Below are positions 23,906-34,800 of a stretch of DNA of 64,000 nt, piece by piece. The DNA is from Camelus dromedarius (Eukaryota), in NCBI RefSeq assembly GCF_036321535.1, contig NC_087445.1, positions 46,686,001 to 46,750,000 on the forward strand, written 5' to 3'. The notes beneath the pieces were generated by a model. The model did not search any database. It saw nothing but the letters and a program-made list of their open reading frames with translations, and had not been told where the DNA came from. Both the position numbers and the translations under genes were made by a program. Within the stretch, counting starts at the first letter, position 1; every line of letters begins with the position of its first letter.

Positions 23906-23994
23906 CACTTCCGGTCTCAGCCCGCTGGAGATTCAAACGCCAACGGCTCCGGGGGCGGGGCCGCGGCCTGGGAGGAGAGCGCGCCCCCTGGCGT
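23906..23994 (-). promoter_or_regulatory. ARHGEF39: ARHGEF39 CpG promoter: ETS, CHR, MYB and CTCF-like motifs
   Basis: CCGGAAGTG (23914-23906), CHR TTTGAA (23937-23932), CAACGG (23941-23946), ACGCCAGGGGGCGC (23994-23981). Confidence 0.65.
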
Positions 23995-24529
23995 CTGGAG
24001 GCTGCGCTCAGGACGGGTATATTTGAGGTCTTTTCCGTAGGGCCTCGGCCCACCGTCAGGGCTCTCTGTAGGTGGACGGCGCCTGCCCAGGCAGGGCGGG
24101 GTGGGGCTGGTGGGTGGCCTTCCTCTGAGTGGCACAAAGTTGGGGCAGCAGCCTGGACTTTGAGTCAGGAGACTTGGGGGTGCAGACACTGACAGGGCTG
24201 CAGTGTCCCATCTGTAGAATTGAGAAAGGGGCAGTAGTTTCGGTACATATTCTGTCCTGAGCCCATGCCATACGCTAGGGTCCAGTCATCCCCAATGCTT
24301 TCACTATTAGAAACCCTCATGGGTCACCAGGTTTTAAGTATTTGGGCCCCGGACAAAAGTTTACAGGTTTTAAATGACTAACTTGTTTCCTTCTTTCATA
24401 CTGATCCCAAACCTGAGAGCCAGTTAGCTTCCTGTCAGCAAGTGTCAACAACTAACGTGGTGGTTCGGAATTGCTGTAATTCTGGCCAAAGGCAAAAGCT
24501 TGGAGTTAATTAGTCTGTATTATCGTAGG

Positions 24530-25150
24530 TCTTTTGGAAAACTGGCAGTAGCCCTGGAGGGCAAATTAGCAGTGCTATTTTGTCAGTATGTGAAGTGCCT
24601 ACTCTTATGGCCTAGCAGTTCCACTTGTAGGAATACATCCTAAAAAACTACTATGTGGACAAAAATATATCTACTAGAATTAGGGTGGCAAAAATGTTTG
24701 TAACAACAGAAAACTGGAATTCACCTAAATGTCCAGAGGTAGAGAACTGGCTAGGAAAATTATGGTACAGCCATTTGAAGGAATAATATGAAAGCCGTAA
24801 AGATGATGTTAAAAAGCTATCAAAATGGGAAAATGCATAGTATATTGCTGAAAGGAAAAAAGCAGGCTACAAAGCTGTTTGTATAATATAATCTTATTTA
24901 GATATAACATACATATGACTGGAAGTATAAACAACCAAAAGGTAATTGTGGTTTTTATCTCTGGGTGATGACATCAAAGATAATTCATTCAGCAAATACT
25001 TACTAAGTACCTTATCTGTGCCAGGCACTGGATCATTGAGGTTAAAGGGGTGAATGGGATAAACAGGGTAATTTAAAAAATTCCCTTATACTTCTCTGCC
25101 TTTCCGAAGTTTTCTGCTTGAGCATGCATGAATTACTTTGTAATTAGAAA
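24530..25150 (+). mobile_element. Ancient L1ME-type 3' region, interrupted by an L2 fragment (about 24980-25060)
   Basis: ctagcagttccacttgtaggaata, cctaaatgtcca..agaactggctaggaaaattatggtaca motifs. Confidence 0.6.
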
Positions 25151-25959
25151 AAAATGCTATTAATACCCAAAATGTTAGAAACTTTAGACCCTGTTCCTCC
25201 ACTGTGGACTCCTAGGAATCTGGGCCCCTAGCCAAGAACCAGGGTATTGTCGGGGTTTTGAAGTCCCCTCTAGCTCTCTGACATTCTAAGAATCTGGAGG
25301 AAGGAGAAATGCTGAGCTTAGATCACGGAAAAACAACTTGAAGGGCTTGCTGGAGAAAAGAGAGAGTTTGGGTCAGACTGTACCTTGGACAGATCACAAG
25401 GAAACTGGAGATACTGTATAGGTAGAGGACTGGTTACACTGTCTCAAGTGAATGTGGGGCAGTCCACACTAAGAGCTCATGGGTAGAAGGAGACAGATAA
25501 TCTCATGATAATTGGTATCACCATGAGCCCAGGTGATGGGAACAGAGCACAACTCCTGGGGCGCAGTTGGTGATGGGTGTGTTTGGGTGTCCTGCCAGTG
25601 TCTGACTGTGCTCTGTGGGGATGGAAGAGGGGAGGGGAATAAAGCCTGCTGTGAGCAAAGGGCAAAGCCTGCTGTGAGAGGGCAAAGCTGAGCAAGACAT
25701 ACTGAGGACACTTAGAGACAACTGATTCCCAGGGAACCAAGTCTCCCACAGAGCATGTCAGGCACACTGTACTCTGCCTGGAACTGATTCTACCCTCAAC
25801 TCTCTCCCAAAGCCAAAGGAAGGAGGGGCCAGGGAAGAGGATCGATCAGAGGGTAGTCAACCACCTCTCTATCCTTTAATTACCTTCAACCTCTGTTTTC
25901 AACTTACTGGATGCTGGAGAAGTCCTAGGGAGGCTGTGAACAATAATCACAGTCAAAAT

Positions 25960-27360
25960 TAAATGCCTCTGGTGCGCCAGGTCCTGTGCTAGGCATGGAC
26001 ATGAAATGGTGAACGAGAGAAATATGACCCCTGTCCTTATGAATGCTTATGGTCCTGTATGACAGACATGGTAAGGAGTCACCATGAAGTGAGACACACG
26101 TTATAAAGAAAATACAGGCTTCTGTGCATGCAGGAGTGAATGGTCTGCCCCTAGTCTAGGAGTTAGGGAGGTTTCTCAGAGGAAGTGACATGTGAATTGA
26201 TACCTGAAGGATGAGCAAAACAAAACCTGGCAAGACAGGGCTGGCAGCAGGGGAGAGGTGGGAAAGAGAGACGATAGCATGGATAAGACTTGGAGATAAA
26301 ACACACACACATGGACATTCAATGCATTCAAGAAACTGGAAGAAGTTTAGTAATACTAGAGCACAGACTGTGATGAGAAAGGAAACTGGAGAGGTAGACA
26401 GAGGCAAAACCATGGAGGGAATTTATATCAGTAAGACTATGTCACAATTCAAAGTGGCGGAACAAGATAATTTATTGGTTCATGTGACTGAGAAGTCCAG
26501 ATGCAAGTGGGCCCTAGGGATCGCTTAAGCAAGTCACTAAAAACTGCTTTCTGCCCTTCCATGGTTTCACCTTCACCTTAAGGTAAAACCTTCATCTTGC
26601 GGTTACAAGACGGCTGCCCACAGTTCCAGTGGCTGTGTGCTTCCTTATCCATGTCTGGACACAGTGAAAGTGAATTCCCTCAGCTATCAAATACTGAGAC
26701 ACAGAGCTTCCCTCTGACTGGACCCCCATAGGCTGAAAACCCATCAAGGAGAACAGGGCAATGCTAGCCTTCTGAAGGCCATGTCAAGTACTATGGACTT
26801 TATCCTAAGGGCAAGGGGAAGCCATTGAAGGGTCTTAAATAGGGAGTGAAATGATATGTGCATTTTAGAGAGATCACCCTGACTAGCTGGACTCAGCAAA
26901 CACATTAGGGGGCAGGTGCAGTTATCCAAGTGAGAGGTGATGGAAGTGTGAGTTAGGATGAAAAATGTGGATGAAAAGTTTTAAAGGTAGAATCTATAGG
27001 GCTTGATGACTTAATGTCAGAGGTGGGAAAAGATAAAAGAAAAGATGGCATCAGGTTTCTGGCTTAGACCACTTGGTGGAGGGTGGAAGAGGTTTTTGGG
27101 ACAGATGAATTCGGCTTGAGGCCTGTTGAATTTGAGATACTTGTAGGACATCCAAGTGGAGATATCCATTAAGCAGGTGGTTATAGATCTGACATGGTGG
27201 AGAGGTCCAACCTGGGGATATGCGGCTTTCATCAACTTACAGAAGCCAGAGAATGGATGAAACTGCCTGCAAAGGGTATGAAGAGGGATACGGGCAGAAG
27301 GCATGAGGGTCTCCAACACAAGCTCACTCCTCCTCCTCCTGTGTATCCACTTTACTTCCA
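25960..27360 (-). mobile_element. L2 LINE (antisense) with an internal MLT1J/L-like fragment (about 26420-26740)
   Basis: gccaggtcctgtgctaggc, ctttatcctaagggcaaggggaagccattgaaggg, gtaggacatccaagtggagatatcc. Confidence 0.65.
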
Positions 27361-27373
27361 AAATATCTGATAG

Positions 27374-27825
27374 TGTAGTGGGCTAAGTGGTGGCCCGCAT
27401 AAAGCTATGTCCATGTCCAAACCCCTGGAACCTTTGAATGTGACCTCATTTGTAAAAAGGGTCTTTACAGATGTAGTTAAATTAAGAATCTTGAGATAAG
27501 CTCATCCTGGATTATCTGGTGGGCCCTAAATCCAATGACAAGTGTTCCTATAAGAGACATCCTGTAGAGAGACACAAGGACAGGAGGAAAAGGCCATGTG
27601 AAGTCGGGAGCAGAGACTGAAGTTATGCAGCCACAAGCCCAGGAATGCCTGGAGCCACAAGAAGCTGGAAGAGGCCTTAGAGCCTTCAGAAGGAGCTCTG
27701 CCAACACCTTCATCTCAGACTTCTAGCCTCCAGAACTGTGAGAGAATAAATTTCTGTAGTTTTAACCGACTCCTCCCTCCCAGTTTGTGGGTAATTTGCT
27801 ACAGCAGTCCTAGGAAAGTAATACA
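27374..27825 (+). mobile_element. Complete MaLR solo LTR (MLT1B/C-like)
   Basis: TG...CA ends, AATAAA near 3' end, 5-bp TSD GATAG/GATGG (one mismatch). Confidence 0.85.
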
Positions 27826-28869
27826 GATGGTAAGGTGGGCAGAACTACAGGTGGGCCCCTAGGGCCCCAGAAGGGCTGGGACCTATCTTTGCTTCCAATC
27901 CACGTGTGGGTGGTAGGGGCTTGTTCTTCTGCTTCACCAGTAAATAGGTCACTCCTCTGTAGCACTGGGATAAACAGAGACATAGCCCTCGATGTCTGAA
28001 GACATAGAGCCTAATGACCAAAGACTTGACCTTTAACAACCAAAGAGAGGTCATGTACCAGGCCTGGGGGTGGGGTGGTGGGGCGGAGTCCTAGTCAATT
28101 AGTACTGAGTACACTCTGTCCCAACCTGGGGAGGCTCAGGAAACAAGATTCTGGGAGTTCAAACCTGTTTTAGGGTTTGGCGGACTCCCAGTTGCAAAGG
28201 CATGATCCAGGGTCAGAGTCCGTGTTCCCCACCCAGACCAGAGACATGGTCACACACAGAGACAGAGAGCTCAAGAAAGAGACAGCACCATGGAGAATGG
28301 CATTTTGAAAATCAGGGAGCGGTAACAGAGAGAGCTGTACCTAGAAGTCAATCTGGACTCTGAAATACTGAGGGAAAGCAGCAGAGGTGGAGGGGAGATT
28401 TGTACAGGTAGAAGTGTCACAAAGAAGTGTACACGGAGAGTCTGACAGATCTAAGGAAAAAAGATGGAAACATCCAGAACATTTGGAAAGCAGGAATATG
28501 AAATAAAGTTACAATTGGTGTTGGGGAAAGATCTAGACATACAGACTCCAGACTTCAGTGTGCATGGTGTTTCTGTCCTCTGTGCTTCCCATGACCTCTT
28601 CCATCGCCACTAGCTTAGTCGTTAGTTACCACATTCAGTTTTGTCCAGGCTCATCCAATTTAGATATTACCATGTACCTTCCATGTCTCAGGATCCAACC
28701 AAGGTTCTGACAACACAGCTGACCATCCAGAGTGCACACTGGATCAGGCTGCCATGGATGGCTCATAATTTGGCTCCAGAAATGGCAACCTAGATTATTA
28801 GGCTGACTAGCTCCTACGATGACAGCTTGGAGACCAGCTGGTGTCCCTCCATACAAGTTTTGGCATACA

Positions 28870-29663
28870 CATCATTCAAAAGTCCACAAATGACAAATGC
28901 TGGAGAGGCTGTGGAGAAAAGGGAACCCTCCTAGACTGCTGGTGGGAATGCAGTTTGGTGCAGCCACTGTGGAAAACAGGATGGAGATTCCTCAAAAGAC
29001 TAGGAATAGACTTACCATATGACCCAATAATCCTGCTCCTGGGCATGTATCCAGAAGGAACCATACTTCANNNNNNNNNNNNNNNNNNNNNNNNNNNNNN
29101 NNNNNNNNNNNNNNNNNNNNNNNNNNNNNNNNNNNNNNNNNNNNNNNNNNNNNNNNNNNNNNNNNNNNNNNNNNNNNNNNNNNNNNNNNNNNNNNNNNNN
29201 NNNNNNNNNNNNNNNNNNNNNNNNNNNNNATTTGCAGCAACATGGATGCTCCTGGAGAATGTCATTCTAACTAAAGTAAGCCAGAAAGAGAAAGAAAAAC
29301 ACCATGTAAGATCACTCATAGGTGGAATCTGAAGAAAAAAAAAGAACATGAATATAAAACAGAAACAAACTCATAGACATAGAATACAAACTTGTGGTTG
29401 CCAAGGGGGCAGGCGGTGGGAAGGGACAGAATGGGATTTCAAAATTTGTAGATACTGACAGGCATATGTAGAATAGATAAACAAGATTATACTGTATAGC
29501 ACAGAGAAATATATACAAGATCTTGTGGTAGCTCACCGCAAAAAAAAAAAAGTGACAGTAAATATATGTATGTTCATGTGTAACTGAAAAATTGTGCTCT
29601 ACACTGGAATTTGACACAACATTGTAAATGACTATAACTCGATAAAAAAAAGTTTAAAAAAAT
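28870..29663 (+). mobile_element. Young 5'-truncated L1 (ORF2 C-terminus plus 3' UTR) with perfect 15-bp TSD
   Basis: TSD AAGTTTTGGCATACA at 28855-28869 and 29664-29678; ORF2 cysteine-rich domain [26 protein letters not shown] ... FAATWMLLENVIL..SLIGGI* open across the gap; A-rich tail. Confidence 0.93.
29071..29229. other. Assembly gap, 159 N
   Basis: Directly visible. Confidence 0.99.
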
Positions 29664-31693
29664 AAGTTTTGGCATACAGTATGGCAGTCACTCTGACAAG
29701 GCAGACAACCGGGGTGCTGTAGAAATGTGCTGTCCTGCTTCTGGAATAACTGTGGTTTGACACACACAGGCCATTGACAGTAAGCTCCCTGAGAGCAGGG
29801 GAAGCATCTTAGTCAACATGGTTTTTCTAAAGCCAGTAAAGTGAACTGCAGAGAGAAAGATGATCAATAATAAAAGACTGACTCAATCAATCAAATACTG
29901 GACTCTGTCCTTATGGAGCTCAAGGCTATTAGAGCAGATAAAATGTCATAAATCACCTTAATATGACTTGGGTAGTAGGCAGGGTTATTAGGAAGGGCAG
30001 GCAAAGAACTGTGGTGGCTCAGAGGCATCAGAAATCTCTTCTTGTGGTGTAGAGTTGGTCAAGCAAGACTTCCTGGAGGAGGTGGCCTTTGAACTAAATC
30101 TTGAATAATAGAAGGGATTTAGATAGAGGAGACAGTAAAACTCTTTAACATGGTAGTGGCACAAGTACTGATCCATCAGAGTGGAAGCTGGATGGGGCAT
30201 TCAAGTGGGGTCCTGGAGCCCCTGCTGTGCCAAGCATTACCTCTTTAAATAAGAGGTCTTGAGGTTAGGAGGGTCCCCAGGGAGAAGTAGGGTAGCAGGA
30301 GCACTATGGAGTTAGGGGCTAGTTACCAACCAGATTATGGCTATTTCAATATATTTAATTAACCTATACAACCATACTGGTGCACGTACCTACTGAGTAT
30401 TAGCCCCAGACATGAACTCCTGAAATGGCCTTACTCTCTTCTGGTTTGTCAAAGCCACAGGGGCCTTACATGTGAGGCCAGAACAGCAGAGACTACTTTG
30501 CAGTTTGATGATGCATCCCTAGGGCCTAGAACAGTGTGCCTGGAGGATTGGAGGAGGCCCGCTAAATGTTTGTTAAGTCAATAGGCAGACTGGAAACCTC
30601 AAGCCCATTCTTGGGGTCCTCTCACTCTTCATCTCATTGGACCCACTCTCCCCCTCGAATCCATGCTCCATTCCAGCCCTCACTATAACCTAATATGAGA
30701 AGTGGATTCTGTCATTCTCCTGCTCAAAATATTTGGTGCCTCTCCTTTGCCCAGAATACTGTTTTCCCCATTTTTTTTTTTAACCAGTTGAACTGGTACT
30801 TCCTGAAGCCCTTATCAGATTTTGCCTACTTCTGTATTACTTTCTGAGGCAGAATTCATCTCTCTCCCCCAAATATGATGATAGTTTTTGCCCTCACTCA
30901 CCAGGCAGTGAGTGCCTCAGAACAAGGACTGTGTCTTATTCATTTCCATTTCTCTAGGCCATTAGCCCAACATCTGACATATGGTAGATGCTAAATAAAG
31001 AGGAGTGAGAATTAGATGAACAAAGTGATCAAAGGTTTGGAGAAAAAAATGAACAGTTTCATTTGGCTACAAAATGAGGGAGAGTAGTAGGACATGAGAT
31101 GGAAGTTTACTGGGTAAGATTTTGAAGGGACTTGGATGTCAACTAGAGGGAGAAGATGGGTTCATGGAAGACCCTTTGATAGGCAGTCGGAAGCTAATGC
31201 AGGTTTCTGAGCAGAGGTGTGATATGATGAATAATCCATTTAGTTTAAACCCGTCAGAGTCTCTTTCACAAATACATGCAGTTTTCCATTCACACTCAAA
31301 TTTGCCTCCCACCTACCCATCCACCCAGCCACCTCTAGACTCCCCCCAGCAGCTTGCCCTACCTCTTTACCTGCTCCCTGTCTGGGCCAGGGAAGTATAT
31401 ATGGGCTGCTTCCCCTCAGCTAAAGGACGTGGGGGCCTCTGCTGCCCAGGGCTGGGAAGCAGGCCAGGGTTAGCTGAGGTTGGCTGGCGAGCGGCCCGGC
31501 GGTGCCAGGGAGAACCTGCATAGTGCCAGGTGGTGCCTTGGGTTCCAGGCTGAGCCCATAACCCCGATAACCTTCTGCCTGCGCACATACCTGCCCCTCA
31601 CTCCACCCCATCCCTGCTTTGCTATCAGGGAGGGGGCACAGGGCCAGACAGACCCACAGGACTTTGGCTCCATCTCTACAAAAGGGCCTTCTG

Positions 31694-31758
31694 TGAGTCA
31701 GCCTGCTCCCCTCCAGGCTTGCTCCTCCCCAACCCAGCTCCTGTTTCCAATGCACGTA
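31694..31758. promoter_or_regulatory. CA9: CA9 proximal promoter: AP-1 site and hypoxia response element
   Basis: TGAGTCA 31694-31700; TGCACGTA 31751-31758 (TACGTGCA on - strand), the known HIF-1 HRE position next to the CA9 start site. Confidence 0.88.
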
Positions 31759-31805
31759 CAGCCCGTACACTCATACCGTGTCCAGGACACCCCACAGTCA
31801 GCCAC

Positions 31806-34800
31806 ATGGCTCCCCTGTGCCCCAGCCCCTGGCTCCCCATGCTGATCCCGGCCCCTGCCCCAGGCCCAGCTGTACAGCTGCTGCTGTTACTGCTTCTCCT
31901 GCTTCCTGCCCATCCTTGGAGCACGCAGGGGGCTCCCACCACGGGAGGAGATTCGTCTGGGGAAGATGATCCACTGGGTGAGGAGGACCTGCCCAGTGAA
32001 GAGGACCCACCTGGAGAGGAGGACCCATCTGGAATGAAGACTGAACCAGGAGAAGAGGATTCTCTGAAGTCAGAGGATCTACCTACTGCTGAGGCTCCCA
32101 GGGATACTCAGGGAGCCCAGAATAATGCCCACAGAGACAAAAAAGGTAAGTGGTCATCAGGTCTGCAAATCTAGGCTCCAGGAGGTTGGTGCTTCCCCTC
32201 ACTAAACCAGCCCAGGCAGGGAATATTCAGGGAAGGAGAGGAGCCAGAACTCTGAGAGGAGTCTTTCCCAGCCCCAGGGGCTCCCATGCCACTAAACCCT
32301 TCCCCGCTTTCAGAGCTAAGTGGGGAGACAAGAAAGGGGCACAGATGGAGAGAGCTAAGTAGGAAGAGATGGGAAAGAAGAAAGGGGGAGGTTGGAGAGG
32401 AGAAAGAGATGAGGCATGGGGAGAGAAAACAAAGATGGAGAGAAGTAAGAGTATGAGAGGAGAGAAGAGGAAAGCTGGGGGGTACCAGAGGAGGAGCAGG
32501 AAGGGCTTGTAGAGATCGCCTCATCTTCAGTCTACAGATGAGGAAACTGAGACCTCGGAAGAAGGAAACAGCAGGTAGGGGAACCTGGTATCTTGACTCC
32601 CAAGCCAGAAACTTTGGGAAAAGAGTTGGAGACCAGAAGGGGAACAGGGATGAGTGGGGAGGAGGAACCAGTAAGGGAGAAAGATGGTCTGCTGATCTGG
32701 GCCTGGAGACTGAGGCTTCCACCCACTTTACAGAGTCTAAGACAGTAGTTGCAAACTGGTATCTTCCGGGCCAGTAAGATCTTTGTGTGCCCCACCGAGC
32801 TGCGGTGTTGTATTTGGCTGGGAGCTATTGTGCTTTACACCTGGCCTGCTTCAGGCATTTCTGTTACTGCTAGGCTTCTGTAAGACATCCGAGTTTGTGA
32901 ACCCCTGCTAATGCGGGGATCCACCTTCCTTCTGGCCGCTGGGGAAGGACTGGGCTCAAAGATTAGCCTCTTCATCCTTTTCATTTATGCAGGGGATGAC
33001 CACAGTCATTGGCGCTATGGAGGTGAGACACCCACCGCCTGCACAGACCCAATCTGGGCACCCAGCTCTGCTGATCCCCGCCCCCCACCCCAACTCCGGC
33101 ATCCCCGACTGCCAGTCGCCGACACCACCCGCTGCCTGTCTCTGTCCACATCCCCCATTTCTATTTCCCGCCCGGATGCCTCCTGACTCCACCCCCCTCC
33201 CGGGCACTTTTCCTACTCCGCTTCCCTAAAAGTTCCTGACCTTGTCATCAGACTTCCTGTATATACTCTCCCACTCCAGGCCCCCCGCCATGGCCGCAGG
33301 TGTCCCCAGCCTGCGCAGGCCGCTTCCAATCCCCAGTAGACATCCGCCCGGAGCTCACCGCCTTTTGCCCCGCCCTGCGACCCCTAGAACTCCTTGGCTT
33401 TGAGCTCCGGCCACTCCCAGAACTGCGCCTGCTCAACAATGGCCACACGGGTGAGGCGGTCTCGGGGCGGAGCCCCAGGGAAGGGGCGGAGGCCACTTGG
33501 GGATGAGACTGGGCGTGGGGAAGAGGAACGGTGGTCGGAAGTTAGGCAGGCTCTCCTCGGCCAGAGGGGCGGGCCCGACTCACAGGCCTCTCTTCACGCA
33601 GTGCAGCTGAGTCTGCCTCCCGGGCTGGAGATGGCCCTGGGCCCCGGGCAGGAGTATCGGGCCCTGCAGTTGCATCTGCACTGGGGGGCTGCGGGTCGCC
33701 CGGGCTCGGAGCACACGGTTGGCGGTCACCGTTTCCCTGCCGAGGTGAGCACGCGGCTGTTCGCGGAGGGTCGAAGCAGGGTGCGGGGCAGGGGATCTTG
33801 CCGACTTCTACCGTGTCCTCTCCAGATCCACGTGGTTCACCTCAGCACTGCATTTGCCAATGTTGACGAGGCCTTGGGGCGCCCGGGGGGCTTGGCCGTG
33901 TTGGCTGCCTTTCTGCAGGTACCAGCCCTGGACACCTCCTTACCCCTGCTTCCCCACACCGCTGAGCTCAGAGTATCTTGCCTCAGAGACCCCATCCCCT
34001 CACCTGGCTATCATCTTCACTCATTAGTTCCTTCATTCAACGCCCACTGTGAGCCAGGCACTGAGGTGCAAAAAAGATTCAGAAACTGTGGGTCCTTGTC
34101 TCTAAGGAGCCCACAGCCAATGAAGGAGGCTGACAGGACAGACATATACACAGGACACAGATAAAAGAGTGGTCAGGGAAGGCCTCACAGAGGTGAAACT
34201 TGAAGCCTTCACTAGTGGGGAAGTAAAGGAGATATTTCATGTAGGGCGAACAGTTTGTGCAAAGACTCAGAGTGTGGCCCATTCAGGGAATGGCAGATGC
34301 ACTAGAATGGACATCAGGAAGAGTCATTTCTCTAATACTCCTATAACCCATAATTTCCCCTTTGTGAAATGCAGTAGAACCTAGAGAAATGCATTTAGTG
34401 ACCTCTTTGGACCCGTATTGGTCAAGGCTGCCTATACAGTGGTTAGAGGCGGCTAATAAGATGGCAGGATCGTGAAACACCTGGGGATGATGAGACACCT
34501 GTTAGGCTCACTTCCCTCCCTGACTCCCTAATGCCGGCCTCACAGCACAAAGTTCAGAGAAGCAGCTTAGAAATAGCATGTGCTGGCTCCCAAAGTCAAA
34601 TGAATTTTTAAGGTGAATGCAGAGGTAGCATAAATACAAAGGTTATTGTGGTTTTCTGTGGTGGGACCATGGAATGTGTCCGGAGGTAGTGATGAGTGAG
34701 ACTGGAAAAGTGAGGAGAGTCCATCATTGAGAGCCTTGTATCCTAGTAAAGTGGCCCACCATCCTCCTCCTCCTCCAATTTGCCATTGAAAACTAGTCCA

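Noticed and set aside
23889-24137. 83-codon in-frame extension upstream of the ARHGEF39 ATG
   Set aside because: Starts at TTG, has no internal ATG, and runs through the promoter motifs of a CpG island.
33394-34164. 256-aa ORF in CA9
   Set aside because: Read-through of exons 4-5 and their GC-rich introns; not an independent gene.
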